NCBI RefSeq assembly: GCF_009914755.1
Contig: NC_060932.1
Origin: the human T2T-CHM13v2.0 reference genome, Homo sapiens
Reading direction: 5' to 3' (one strand)
DNA: 64,000 nt
Part shown: positions 1 through 15,229 of the stretch, one piece after another
Numbering within the stretch: position 1 is the stretch's first letter
How the letters are laid out: every line of letters begins with the position of its first letter
Program-made: the position numbers and the translations under genes
The notes under the pieces: generated by a model
The model's input: only the letters and a program-made list of their open reading frames with translations
Told to the model about the DNA's origin: nothing
Database searches by the model: none

Positions 1-92
1 GCCGAAGTCAATGGAAGCTGTACCTTTGAACTCTTCTTTGAGGTATCAGTGCCTGTCCAAAGGAGACAAAGCCATCAGAAAGACATGGAGAA

Positions 93-614
<522 letters not shown>

Positions 615-692
615 TTACAGAAATGAAAGGAATCAGGGCAGGGGACATTTCCAAAATATATATCTTTCAACAGAAAAGAATAATTTGTTTAA

Positions 693-1044
<352 letters not shown>

Positions 1045-2097
1045 GGTTAAATCTTAAGGGTCTCATTGTTTCAGAATTTTTGAAATGATTTATAAGAAAA
1101 AAAATTTTGAAAAATAAAGTGATTTTCAACACATTTTAAATAAAGCATATAGATCCCTGAACACTAAATATGACCACACTGTTAAGTATTAAAAGTAGTG
1201 TTGAAAAATAATATTAGACTATAAAACTAAAAGCTAGGAGTGAAGGAAAAAATGGAAGACAATTTAATGTTTTTAAAAGGCAAGCTAAATGCAAGGGGTT
1301 TATTGGATTGGTGCCCGGACCATCCATAGCGAACGGCAGCAAGTATCATTCGATCATACACAGAAAGAAAAATAGGTGGTGAGTGGTGGAGGTGAGGAGG
1401 GACAGCTGGCAGTCATGACGCCTGCAACACACTTCCCCAGAGTATCATAAGGAAGCTGGAAGCAAAGCCTTCTACATTCCTACACCCCTGGCCGACCGAT
1501 CGAAAGGTCTTCAAACCTGTAATTGTACACTTTAGTTTGCAAGGCAATCAAAGACTGGATTTCACTCACAATAGTCTTTCAATGTGACTTTTGTCCTACT
1601 GGATATGCTATAATAAAACCTAAGTTACAACGCAAAGAAAGAAATCAAAACAATCACTATAAAGTCCATTTTCTCTGCCAAGATGAGTGGAAGTATATGA
1701 AGTCAAATTTGAATCTGCATGGAGGATTGACAATATGTACAAACACGTAAGCCAAGGTGAGGACATAGTGGAGGAGTTAAAGGAATGGTGAGCAGTGACC
1801 TGGGAATTAGAAGTCGTGGGGCTTGGCCCCAGTGCCATTGGTACCAGTTGTGGGACCTAAGCAGACTGTGGCTCGCTTGGCCTTGATGTCCTGGTTGTTA
1901 AAATTATAGGCTGGCTCAACATCCCAACAACCCTTTCTGGCTCCTCTTATGGTAACTTTTGCATAAGTGGAAACTGCAGAAAAGAGAACACAAAGCCTCT
2001 GACATGCAGATGGCAACGCTTTAATATCACCAACTCAGAGGTTCCAAATAGGCAACAGGCCCTGCAACCTAATCACCATCAGTAGGAAGGGCTACTG

Positions 2098-2652
2098 GGC
2101 TGAGCACGGTGGCTCACAACTGTAATCCCAGCACTTTGCGAGGCCAAGGCAGGAGGACTGCTTGAGGTCAGGAGTTAAAGAGCTCCCTGGGCAACACAGT
2201 GAGATCATGTCTCTACAAAAAATTTTTAAAGTTAGCTGTGAGTGGTGACATATGCAGTCCCGTCTACTCGGAGCCCTTGAGTTCAAGGCTGCAATGAGCT
2301 ATCATCACACCACTACACTCCAGCCAAGGTGACAGACAAAGACCTTGTCAAAAAAACCAACAAACAAACAAAAAACAAGAAGCAGCAGGAAGAAAGAAGA
2401 AGAAAAAAACTATACTAACACGAAAGTTGTCAAATTTTGTAGCCTGGTCAACATAGCAAGACCCCATCTCTAGGGGAAAAAAAAAATTGCCAGGCATGGT
2501 GGCATGCACCAGTAGTCTTAGTTACTAAGGAGGCTGAAGCAGAAGGATTGCTTGAGCCCACGAAATAATGGCTGTGTGACCCGAGATCATGCCACTACAC
2601 TCAAGCCTAGGTGACAGGGTAAGACCCTGGTCTCTAAAAAAAAAAAAAAAAA
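2098..2652 (+). mobile_element. Two old AluJ-type elements (one near full length, one 5'-truncated)
   Basis: Diverged Alu arms with A-rich tails at ~2350-2410 and ~2636-2652. Confidence 0.8.
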
Positions 2653-3375
<723 letters not shown>

Positions 3376-3687
3376 TGAAAGCCACTAAAACATTTAATTT
3401 TTAATTTTCAAAATCAGTGTGTATGTGTGTGTGTGCGCGTGTGTAAAATCTACACTTAAAAACCCTTCTACAGAGAAACCCAGGCTGGGCTCCAAAAGCT
3501 TAGCATTGACTTTAGCCTAAAGTTGTGCCTAACCACAGAGGGTCTGTGCAGCACTGACTTCATCTTGGCCCCCCGTACTTGCCTACTCTTCACAGTCTTT
3601 TGCCTCATTTCATTCTTTGTTTTATTCTACTGTTTTGCATGCATCATTGTAAGTCACTGTGCAGCTTCTTTGCAACAAAGTGAAATA

Positions 3688-5474
3688 TAGTCATGCTATA
3701 CTTAAAGATGGAGATACTATAAACACTGTACACTTACAGGCTACATTACATTTATTTTTTAAAATCTATTTCTTCAATAATAAATTAACCTTACTTTGCT
3801 ATAACTTGTTTTAAAACTAATTTTTAAAAACGTTTTGATTCTCATAACAGTTAGCTTAAAATACACCTTGTAGAGCTGTACAAAAATATTTCCTTTCTTC
3901 ATATGTCTATTCTATAAGCCATTTAAAAACCTTTCTATTACTTTCTAAACTTTTTTTATTAAAAACTAAGACACAAACACACACATCAGCTTTGGCCTAC
4001 ACAGGGTCAGGATCATCAATATCACTGTGTTCCATCTCCACATGTTATCCCACTAGAAAGTCCTCAGGGGAAATAACATGGATGGAGCTGTCATCTCCTA
4101 TGACCACAATGCATCCTTCTGGATTTCTCCTGAAGGAACTCACTGAGGTTATTTAGCAAGTGCTGCTATTTTCAGAAATATGTCTTCGGTGGTTTGCTTG
4201 GTTTGTTTTTTTTTACATCACAGATTTGCCTGCAAACAGATAATGCACCATATACAGTCCTCTCTATTAATGAAAACCTTTCAGTGTTGGGCTCTATGTT
4301 TTCAAACTTTTTAAGGAGCTTTCTGAGGTCTACAAAAGCTTCTGCCAAACCCTTCATTGTTACTCTTCTTAGGAGTTCTTTTTTCTCTGTTTCCTCTTCT
4401 CTTGCCTCTTCTTCAGCTATGCATTCCTGTTCCAGTTCCAACAGCTCCTCATTCTTCAATTCCTCAAGAACCACCTCAAAGAGCTCCTCTACATCATCCT
4501 CATTCACACCTAGCTGGAGTCGTTTGCTATGACAACCACAGCCTTGGTTTTTGCAACCTCCTCATACTGGCTAATCCTTTGAAGTCATAGACAAACCTCT
4601 TGAGTGTCTTCGTCCAGATTCCATTCATACACGCCTTGGTGACCATGCCAAAGTTCTTGATGCAGTCATAGTAAGGGAGGAGACCACCCTTCATATTGTC
4701 TTATGCCCAATTTCTGCCTCCAAAGAAAGAAGTAAAAACTAAAAGGCAGAAATGAAATCCACAGGCAGACAGCCCGGCGCTGCCTGGCTGATCCACAGGC
4801 AGACAGCCCGGCCTGGTAGTTGAAGATCGACCCCTGACCTAACTGGTTATCTATAGATTCCAGACATTATATGGAAAACCATTGTAAAAATCCCTGTCCT
4901 GTTCTGTTCCGATCTGATTACTGGTGCATGCAGCCCCCAGTCACGTACCCCCTGCTTGCTCAAACGATCACCACCCTCTCACGCAGAACCCCTTAGAGTT
5001 GTGAGCCCTTAAAAGGGACAGGAATTGCTCACTCGGGGAGCTCAGCTCTTGAGACAGGAGTCTTGCCAATGCTCCCAGCGGAATAAACCCCTTCTTTCTT
5101 TAACTAGGTGTCTGAGGAGTTTTGTCTGCAGCTCATCCTGCTACAATAGATGTTGTAATCCTTCTAGAGTTGCATCAGTGTCTTCTCAGCATCTTCCTCA
5201 GCCACAGCAATAGCCTAGGCAAAAGTCCTTCTCAGGTAGCAGGCCTTAAAGGCGCTATAAGTCCTTGGTCCATTGGTTGAATCAAAGAAGTGGTTTTAGA
5301 GGAGAAACACCACCTCAATATTGGGATGAAGATCACCAATAAAGGGAGTATGTGCGGGAGCATTAAGGGTAAGCACAATCTTGAAAGGTACCGTACGTTC
5401 TTCTCCAAACAATGCTGGCAGCTTCATTACTTCCTGCTCTCCCAAAGCATTAACATCTATGTGGTTTTGGGTTT
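3688..5474 (-). mobile_element. Tigger3/Golem-type (pogo-like) DNA transposon remnant with degraded transposase, split by LTR2
   Basis: TA + (c/t)AGTCATGC TIR-like end; minus-strand ORFs 4172-4507 (acidic C-terminus) and 5296-5508 (LNAPAH..VVFL DDE segment). Confidence 0.8.
4672..5145 (+). mobile_element. Solo LTR2 (HERV-E/Harlequin, ERV1)
   Basis: TAAGGGAGGAGACCACCC...CCTGCTACA termini, TTAAAA TATA-like 5009, AATAAA 5082, 4-bp TSD ATAG (4668-4671 / 5146-5149). Confidence 0.9.
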
Positions 5475-5479
5475 CCATG

Positions 5480-5858
5480 TGATATGGTTTGGCTGTGTCC
5501 CCACCCACATCTCATCTTGAATTGTAATCCTCATAATCCCCAGGTGTTGAGGGAGAAACCAGGTGGAGATGATTGGATCATGGGGGTGGTTTGCCCCATG
5601 CTGTTCTCAGGACAGTGAGTGAGTTCTCATGACATCTGATGGTTTCACAAGCATCTTGCATTTCACCTGCTGGCACTCTCTCTCCTGCTGCCTTGTGAAG
5701 AAGGTAGCTGCTTTTGCTTAGCCTTCCACCATGACTGTAAGTTTCCTGAGGCCTCCCCAGCCATGCAGAACTGTGAGTCAATTAAACCTCTTTTCTTTAA
5801 TAAATTACCCAGTCTTGGGTATTTCTTTATAGCAGCATGAGAATGGACTAACAATACA
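5480..5858 (+). mobile_element. Solo THE1 (THE1D-like) MaLR LTR
   Basis: TGATATGGTTTGGCTGTGTCCCCACCC...AATACA; 5-bp TSD CCATG. Confidence 0.9.
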
Positions 5859-6068
5859 CCATGGTACCAATTATAACTGTAATTCTCTATTACTTCTGTG
5901 CTCCAGTGCTTAGTTCTGTTTGGCTATTATTTTGTTGTTTCCAGTGACTTAATTATGTGGTCTATGACTTAATTACCTTGGATCCAATCACCAGGTGCTG
6001 AAGGGGACAATTTCCTAGTAGAAACCTGGTTTTGTAGCTCTATCTCATAGAGCAGTGCCTCCAGGGAG

Positions 6069-6756
6069 TGAAACCACCTTTACAAGAGAAAATCATGATG
6101 GTGAAGGAGATCTGATCTAACCAACCCCCATCTTGCCTTTAACCTCCAAACTGCTCTTAATCATTCCTGGGCTCAGGCTAAGCTAACTTTAGGAGACATT
6201 TAGTTTACAGTTTAAATGATAATATCTCTTCCCCAAAACTAAACCGCCTTTGTAAAGCTAACAAAAGGCCATCAGGTAGAGAGATGAAGGGAGCCTGAGT
6301 TCTGCTCAGGAGAAGATGTGAATGGTTACCAGCCATTATTCCAGAGGTCACAAGATTTGAAATTTCCCCAACTACTCCTGCAGGTAACATCACTATTGTA
6401 GAACCTAAGACTGGCCTTTTGAGATGTCCTTTCAGGTATTTGCATTTTTGACAACTGACACACTGGGACCATCAACTGGTCTTGTGGCCTCACCTAGAAG
6501 TAGACTCAGCACAGCATGGATGGGGACCATTTTCCACACCCCTATGATTGCATCCCCAACAAATCAGCAACACCCAAACTATCCTTGAAAAACTGTAGCC
6601 TCTGAACTTCCAGGGAGACTGATTTGCATAATAAAACTCTGGTCTCCCATTCCGCTGGCTCTGCATGACATTAAACTCTTTCTCTATTGCAATCCCCGTC
6701 TTGATAAATCAGCTCTATCTTGGCAGCAGGCAAGATGAACCCATTGCATGGTTATA
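6069..6756 (+). mobile_element. LTR8/LTR8A-like solo LTR (ERV1)
   Basis: TGAAACCACCTTT start, ctaagctaactttaggaga and gaggtcacaagattt cores, AATAAA/ATTAAA near the 3' end. Confidence 0.75.
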
Positions 6757-7302
6757 GGGGCACCTCCCATGAGTGGGAAGGATTGGGAAAGCACCCATGT
6801 GCATCCACACAGCGGCAGTGTGCCGGGGACTTAGCATGGCACACAGATTCCCTCACATAGAGTCTAAGGTCAAAGGAGGGGGTGGCCCTCGGAGTGGCCG
6901 GCCAGGTCCCACACTCACTCGCTCATGTGCTCCCTCCCTCGAGGGGCTGAGTGCAGTGGGCCGAGTAGACCCACCCCTGCTGCAAGTCTGGTAAAGGGGG
7001 TCGAAACAAATCCCGTGTCAGTATGGGATCTAATTGATATGCGGCAAATAACTGGAGGGCACAGCTAGGCAAGGGTCTCAGAGCAAGGTGAGGCACAAAC
7101 AATTCTGTGAGAAGCACCTGTGGGATCTATTGTCCTGAGAGGGCTGTTTACCCAGAGAAGCCTCCTGGTGTGCTGGGAAGGGGCTAGCCCGGCAGTCTAT
7201 TGTTTGCATAAATGGACATTTAAGCGATTCCTGAAGAAAACAACAAGTTATTGACTGGTTTTATAGCCTTATCTTCCTGGACAAGAATTTCCTGCAACAA
7301 AG

Positions 7303-7915
7303 AGTTGAGAAAAGAAAAGAATTTTTATCTGAGGAATGCTAGTCCTTTTAATTATCAGGCCAAGAGAGACATTAAAATAAGATCACAGAAGTCCAGCAAG
7401 GAGGTGTGTGCCTGTAGTCCCAGCTACTCAGGAGGCTGAGGCAGGAGGATCACTTGAGCCCAGGAGTTCAAGACCTGCCTGGGCAACATAGCTAGACCCT
7501 GTATCATAAAAAATAAAAAAGAACATATAACAAGACCATGGTCACATCCTCCTTCCCCCTTGAGCTATATATTCATCTCTTAAAACTGTTTGCTATTGCC
7601 ACAAGTAGCTATAAATTAACCTAATAATGCTGCAACTGACACTATAACCCACAGGCTACAGCTTAGCAATACATAGCCAATCACTAATCTATGTTATTTA
7701 TGTGAACCCCAAAGAGATTTCCTGACAAACCACTTTGTATCAGCCCACTCTCTGTCCCCATTTCCCTTTAAAAATCCACTTGTAATCGCCGCTAATTGGA
7801 GTGTATATTCAGGGTAACTTGAAACTATGCTCCCGGGTTGCAATCCTCAAGCTTGGCCCCAAAACACTCCCTATTTATGTTAATTTTGCCCCAGCTTCTT
7901 CCTTTTAGGTCAACA
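7303..7915 (+). mobile_element. MER4-group ERV1 LTR (MER65-like) with a nested Alu monomer (~7390-7525)
   Basis: tttttatctgaggaatgc..ttttaattatcaggcc start, ..taggtcaaca end; family assigned by eye. Confidence 0.6.
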
Positions 7916-8662
7916 GAATCAAGTCACATTGAAGTTGGCTTAGTCCTGACAGTCAGGTCATGGCACACCTAGGCATCCATGGTCTGGGTAGAGCTGTGTA
8001 CTGAGGTCAGGGAAGCAGCCCATGGTACAGCCTTGCAGGCCACAGGCAGGACTTAATTTGGATTTTTTTCTGGGCTGGGAGTATTTCAAGCACAGAAGTG
8101 ATAAGAGTTTGCTAGGGCTGCTGTAACACAGTACCACACACTGGGTGGCTTTAAAAAAAGGGCATTTATTGTCTCTCAGTGCTGGGAGCAGAAAGTTTAA
8201 AAACAAGCTGTCAACAGGGTTGGTTCTTTGTGAAGGCTGGGAGGAAAATGACACCAAATATTTCACCCCAAAATAGACTTCTTTGACATACTTCAAAATG
8301 GCTATTCAGAAGGCCTGTAAACACAAGAATTGCCCTGCAAATCTAGGCTCCCCTTTTGAGTTGGGGAGAGGGGAGGAGGTTTGCATCTGCAGATGAAATA
8401 AAGTGAAGTCAACAACAGCTGTAAGAAGGCTTTCTCTGAAGCCCCTTTGTCCAGATCTAGGAAAGATGACCTGAGAGTCTCAAACCTTTAAAATCTGACA
8501 TACACTTCCCATCGCCTACCTACCCTCTATTCTTCCTGAGGGCTGCTACCTTGGTTTCCTCTGTATAACAAGACTGCCTTAGGTGCGAGGTCTCCTCTTC
8601 TCTCCTCCCATAACCTGTTTTGCTTCTCTCTCTAACCTCAAGATGGTATAAAAGCATCAACT

Positions 8663-8960
8663 GGCCTGGAGCGGTGGCTCATGCCTGTAATCTCACCACT
8701 TTGGAAGGCCGAGACAGGCAGATAACTTGGAGGTCAGGAGTCCAAGACCAGCCTGGCCAACATGGTGAAACCCTAAAAATACAAAAATTAGCTGGGCGAG
8801 GTGGCGCATGCCTGTATTCCCAGCTACTCAGGAGCCTGAGGTGGGAGAATTGCTTGAACCCAGGAGGCAGAAGTTTCAGTGAGCCAAGATTGTACCACTG
8901 CGCCCTGGCCTGGGCGACAAGAGCCTTGAGACTCCATCTCAAAAAAAATAAAATCAAAAA
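8663..8960 (+). mobile_element. AluS
   Basis: Dimeric Alu with A tail, flanked by aaaagcatca direct repeats. Confidence 0.88.
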
Positions 8961-9032
8961 AAGCATCATCCAACTGGCCATTTGAGTTTTTCATATTTTG
9001 TATGACTTCTGTGCCTGAATGCATGTTAATAA

Positions 9033-9329
<297 letters not shown>

Positions 9330-9649
9330 TCCAGTTGGCTTTATAGGATCAAATCAGTGAAGTCTGAGGGGGAAAAATAAACCCTATAGAGGGAAGGATC
9401 TGTTCCAGGCCTCTCTCCTTGGCTTGTGGACAGCCCCCTTCTCCCTGCAACTCTTCACACCATCTTCCCCCTACATGTCTGTGTCTAAATGTCCTCTTCT
9501 CAGAAGGATTACGGCCCATCCTAATGACCTAATGACCTAATTTTAATTGGGTACCTCTGTGGAGACCATAGCCAAATAAGGTCATGTGCTAAGGCAAGGC
9601 AGGGGGCTAGTCCTTCACCATGAGTTTGGGCTTTATAACATTGTGCCAT

Positions 9650-11170
9650 TGTGCTTAAAATACTATTTTCAAAAACAATAAAAAATTTAGGAAAGGTAGC
9701 ATTGTTTTACTTATTTTTTCACATCTCTCAGTTAGATCCCCATACCTGCTTCTGCATTCAATCTGCTGCCATGTTTTGTGCTTTGCTGTTGTTGTTGTCA
9801 TTTTTGGCTGAAGTATATAAAGAAAATCCAGCCTTATATAGATTTGTAATTGGAAAAAGGGAGGGTTTTTTTGGGGGGTGCAGGGGAACCGGGTCTCACT
9901 CTGTCCTCCAGGCTGGAGTACAGTGGTGTGATCTCAGCTCACTGCAACCTCCTGGGCTCAGGGGACCCTCCTACCTTAGCCTCCTGAGTAGCTAGATGAG
10001 ACTACGGGTATGCACCACCACACATGGCTAATTTTTGTATTTTTTGTGGTGAAACATGGGGTTTCGTCATGTTACCTAAGGTGGTCTCAAACTCCTGGGT
10101 TCAAACAATCTGCCCACTTTGGCCTCACACAGTGCTGCGATTATAGGCATGAGCTACCTGTAGTGCCCAGCCTGGAAGGGGTATTTTTAAAGCCTTTTCA
10201 GATAATGTGACTATTCTTCTTTCATATTACACTAAAACTCAGGAACTGGTAATTGCTTAAAGGTTAGTAGCCATGTAAAGTCTGAAATTATATCAATGAA
10301 ATTTTTGTAGTTAAATTAAAACCTATTGGTATATCTTGTGCTTGCAAGAGCCATTTACCCATTCATCATTTTAAAATATCATGCATTATTTAAAAAACAT
10401 TGGTTTGGTTTACTGCATTGTGCCAACCTTCCAAATTCTGACACATTGCATCATACAGTATTGAAAAATCACAATGGTTGCTATTACCACAGTCCTCATG
10501 AAAAAGGTCTTCAAGAACTGAGAAGGTGTCAAGCTCATAGAGCAATATAAGTTTTCCAAGATTCAAGTTTTCACTTGAAAGCTTCAATTTTATTGTTGGC
10601 AACATTACCCACTGTTTTCTTTTGAAGTGAATTTGTTTTTGAAAAAAGTGTCTGCCAGACTCACCACTTCATCTGCTAGTTATTCTTTCAAGCAAAAGTG
10701 ATGTTCCACGAAAAAAGTAGCTCTCAGCTTGCAGCTCAGAGGTTGTTTCCTACAGGGGAGCTATTGAGCTTTGGTATGCTTCCCATGTGCTTCATGCAAG
10801 TTCCATTTAGTCACATGGAGTATTCATAAGATGTGTACTCCACAGTTGACATTTAATAAAATTGACTTTTTTTTTTTTTTTTTTGCTATCACATTCAGGC
10901 TATTCTTAAGCGTTTTTCTGCCATGATCACATTGTGATGAAGAACATGATGGTCACTAGTAGGTAACTTTCTGTGTCATTGCCTTACTCTCAGTGAGGTG
11001 CTAGTGGATTTACCTACCCCTGCTTTTGCATCACCACTGTAAATCTAATAGTGAAAAGGCAAATGATGTCTCAGTATCACTGTGAAAACATTTTTCCCTT
11101 GGACCAGCTGAAAGCATCTTGAGGAGCCTGAAGGCTTCAAGGTCCACACGTCAAAAAAACACAGCCCTAG
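9650..11170 (-). mobile_element. Charlie1/Charlie1a hAT DNA transposon remnant with an AluJ inserted (~9865-10175)
   Basis: ctgcttctgcattcaatctg, aagccttttcagataat and ttttcacttgaaagct segments typical of Charlie1; gga(g)g flanks around the Alu. Confidence 0.7.
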
Positions 11171-11711
11171 ACTGATGGTGGCCCATTATGGGTGGGGTCA
11201 GCTTCCCCCTAGATCACATGGGTTCTGTTGGGAGGGGTGGCTTGTCTGCATGACCATCTTAGTCACCTCAAGGAGGGAAGGGGCAAAGGATTGCCAAGCA
11301 TCTACTGCGTAAGTAGATAGCTGTAACCTCTGGGTAAGAAAGTGGGATTGGGTGCGGCATGAGGGAAATGTCCACATTTCATTCAATATTCAAAACATAG
11401 GATTGCTTACACTTTTTATAACAGGAATGCCTTCTTGTTTTATCTGTGCAAACAGCAAAATAAAAGCATGAATGGGAACTGACCAAAGTTTTATTTAGTT
11501 TTTACAGAAATAGGATCATAGTGCATGTATTATCCAGCAACTTGCTTTGTCACCTAGTGTCCTGGAGATCTGTCCACGACTACGCATTTAGTGCTACTTA
11601 TTCCTGTCCAACTGCTGCATACCATTTCACTTATCAGTACTGTGTATCCACAAAGCTATTCTGCTACTGATGTGCACTTAGGTAGATGGACTGATTAAAA
11701 GGGTATCTGTC

Positions 11712-12112
11712 TGTATTAGGCTGTTCTTGCATCGCTATAAAGAAATACCTGAGACTGGGTAATTTATAAAGAAAAGTGGTTTAATTGGCTCACAGTTTGG
11801 CTGGCTGTACAGGAAGCATAGCGCTGGCATCTGCTCAGCTTCTGGGGAGGCCTCAGGAAACTTACAATCATGGTGAAAGGAAAAGGGAGAGCAGGAGCAA
11901 GAGTGAGTGGGGAGGTGCTACGTGGTTTTCAACCACCAGATCTCGCGAGAATCACTCACTATCCTGAGGACAGTGCCAAGAGGGACGGTGATACCTATTC
12001 ATGAGAAAACTGCCCCTGTGATCCAATCGCCTGGCACTAGGCCCCACCTCCAACATTGGGGGTTAAGACTGATAATGAGATTTGGGTGGGGACACAGATC
12101 CAAACCATATGG
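11712..12112 (-). mobile_element. Solo MST (MSTB-like) MaLR LTR
   Basis: TGTATTAG...CAAACCATAT termini; 5-bp TSD CTGTC (11707-11711 / 12113-12117). Confidence 0.88.
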
Positions 12113-13212
12113 CTGTCCATTCTTAGAACATACTGTCAAATTTCCTTCCAAGAACACTGTACATGAGGGATTCGTTTTTCTCTCCATACATGGTCACCAC
12201 CAAAGGCTAAGCTACCATCATCCTTTCTAGCTGGGAGTCTAGCTATAGTCTCCAAACTGTTTAAAATATACTCTCCACAATGCCTGAACAACTTTTAAAA
12301 AGATCAAATATAAGCATGTCACTCCTCTCCTTAAAATCTCAGTAGCTTCCCTGTCCTTTGGGATAAATTCTAAAATCCTTATGTGTCCCCCAAGACCCTG
12401 CTGTCATCTGGTTCTTGCCTATCTTTCCAGACTCAATCCCTAGCATCCTTGTCTCCTTTCCTTACCCTAATTATTTCTGTAAAAACAATCTTCAAATGGA
12501 GGCATGCGTATCCCTGAGAATATGGACACGTGGTCATGAGGAGTTTCAAGGGATTCAGTTTTCGGATCCCAACTCTTCTAAAAGTGATCTGCCTGAGGAC
12601 TCCTGCAGTCCAGGCCCACCTGGCATTTCATAATGGCTCCTCTCCCCCCTGGCACATCCTAAATCTTACTACATTGTGCTGCCCTGCTGAGGTAGAAAGG
12701 TGTAATAAACCTTAGGACACCAACAGAGATAACTTATTTAAGAGATGCATTTCTTGTAACTTTTTTTTTTTTTTGCCTACAATTCCTTATCAGATTTTGT
12801 GAAACACATTGATTAAACTGTGTATTGCTAATAATAGTAACAGTTCAATCCAGAAGAAAATTTGCTTCTTAGGACCCTAATGATACAGTCTGATCAATAA
12901 AAAACTTTGAAGGATAGAGCATATTCAATTATGATAGAATCCTGTGGTAGAAGTGAAATAAAAATATTTTCAGGGAGAAAAATAATCAATGCAAAATTTT
13001 CAACTGGTCAAAGGCTTAAGTATTTTTGAAATGAATGATGGGGTGGATATTAAGTCACTATAATATTTATAACTCACTGCATACATTTAAAAATTTTCTG
13101 TAATCACTTTATTTTCAAAACATCATTCATAACTCATCAGAACTTCGTAACTACTTAAATTTATAATTAAAAGCCTTTTTAAATTTATCATTAAAAGCCC
13201 CCCTCTCCCCAC

Positions 13213-13490
13213 CTTTTTTTTTCTTTGAGATGGACTCTTTCTCTTTTGCCCAGGCTGGATTGCAGTGACGCGATCATGGCTCATAGCAGCTTTGAACTCC
13301 TGGGCTCAAGCAATCCTCCCAACTCAGCCTCCTGAGTAGCTGGGGCTACAGGCATGCACAATCACACCCAGCTAATTAAAAAAATATATTTGTAGAGATG
13401 GAGGCCTCACTCTACAAAGCGCTTAAGTGATCCTTCCTCCTTGGCCTCCTGAAGTGCTGGAATTACAGGTATAGGCCACCATGCCCAGCT
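13213..13490 (-). mobile_element. AluJ
   Basis: Diverged antisense Alu, tcctgggctcaagcaatcctcc. Confidence 0.82.
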
Positions 13491-14741
13491 GAGAAAAACA
13501 TTTAAGTATCAGTTTAAGAATGTGTGATGGGAATACACAGCATTCTTTCAAGGGGCATCTCAACAAATTTTAAAAAGAACACTGTGGCCCACTCCAGTGC
13601 TATGCATGAGAATATGGTGATTTCTCAGCTTCAGGCGTTCAAATGTGCCATTCTCCCATGGAAAGCCCACTAAGTCCCTCAAGCTTCACCTGAAATACCA
13701 TTTCACTGAGAAGTCTTCCTTGTCTCCAGACTAAATTAGATTGCCTTGATATATGCTCCCATAGAACCAAGAATGTCCCCTTTTCATCCCACAGGTAACT
13801 CCTTGTTAAATGTTGTACAAGGAAGGCATAGACAGAATTCACCTTTCACTGTTCCACTGGTGCCCAGCAGGGTATGCAAAGGAGGAAATCAGCTGTGCTC
13901 TGAAAGAAGCACCATTCCAGTAAAGGGGAGGAAAAGGTCATCAGACTGCAAGGGCTCAACAAAAGTACAAGGTAAGGAGGCAGAGGGTGTGGGCTGATTA
14001 TCAACTAAGAGGTTTGCACGGAAAAAGGAGAAAAAAAAAAAAAAACAGAAAAACAGGGCCGGGTAGTGGCAGAAAGAGAGGGTGGATCTGTGACTGTTCG
14101 CAGGAAGAGAGGAGCGGGAGCAGGACAGACAATAACTGATAGTCAGGAGCTGGGTTTGGAGATAAAGAGGGAACAAGAGAAAGTTAAGTTCTGTGTTTTC
14201 ATGGCAAACATTGCACAAAAGTTTACAACTTCGTGACTAACAGTAATCTGGGGTGATTCACAGTAACAAATTTACACATAAACACATATTCACTGACTTT
14301 ATACACAGCAATCCTAACGTGAACACAGAACCTGCTTTATCTTTTCGCACACTGTTCTAGTGTAGAGATGTCTGGTCTCAGTTAAAGAAAGCATAAGGAG
14401 CATTAGTTGTGCACACTGTCCACACCCGTGACTTTTTTCCACCAGTACTAAACCTAGTACTTCTTACAGTACAGGGCAATGACAGCCACAGAAAGAGAGA
14501 AGCTCCTTCTACTGTGTAATGCTTCCTGCTGGCCTTCAAATACTTGTTACTTGAGAGATCTCCATTCACCTGGCTTTGTCCCCAAAGGTCACCATCTACC
14601 AATGATGTTGTTATTTGATGTTAATCATGTATAAAGAAAGTAGCTACCATCCTGGCCCTGATTAGAACTTCCCACTGAAATGCCGTCCTGCCTAAAGGTA
14701 GCACAGGCTTCCATTATGGTGGTGGTGGGGAGGGGGCGGGA

Positions 14742-14757
14742 ATATATATATATATAT
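14742..14757. repeat. (TA)n microsatellite next to a G-rich tract
   Basis: atatatatatatatat following ggtggtggtggggagggggcggg. Confidence 0.85.
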
Positions 14758-15229
14758 GGTAAAGCATTCGGCATTCTTTTAAAGTACAACTATCCTTGAA
14801 AAGGGTTACATATTAAACCATTTTTACCACAGCCAAAGGGGAGGAGAAAGATCCAAAAGTCCTGTGGATCTGCTTTAACATCAATAAAACAGTTATCCAC
14901 CCTTCGTAGCTTTTAGTGAAGGCTACAAAAGTATGCTTTTTATGGATTACACATGTGCACGCAACTACTTTAATTACTACAGAAAAAAACGAGGCTCCTT
15001 ATTAAAAAAAAATCAGAAACAAGTCCAACAGACTCTGAGGAAATGAAGCAAGAGTGAATTCTGAAAAGGTCTAATAAACAGTATGGAAATATCCTTGTGG
15101 GATTGTTCTTCAGCTATGCATAAACATGTAATTATCATCATTACTGTGATGGGGAAAAACACGGACCCTAATTCTGAAACACCCTGGTAGCGAGAGACGG
15201 GCAGGAGGGGCTGCTGCGCACTCAGAGCG

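Noticed and set aside
4172-4507. Acidic 111-aa ORF as a domesticated transposase gene
   Set aside because: Fragment of a Tigger element whose DDE region is frameshifted, contains stops and is split by LTR2
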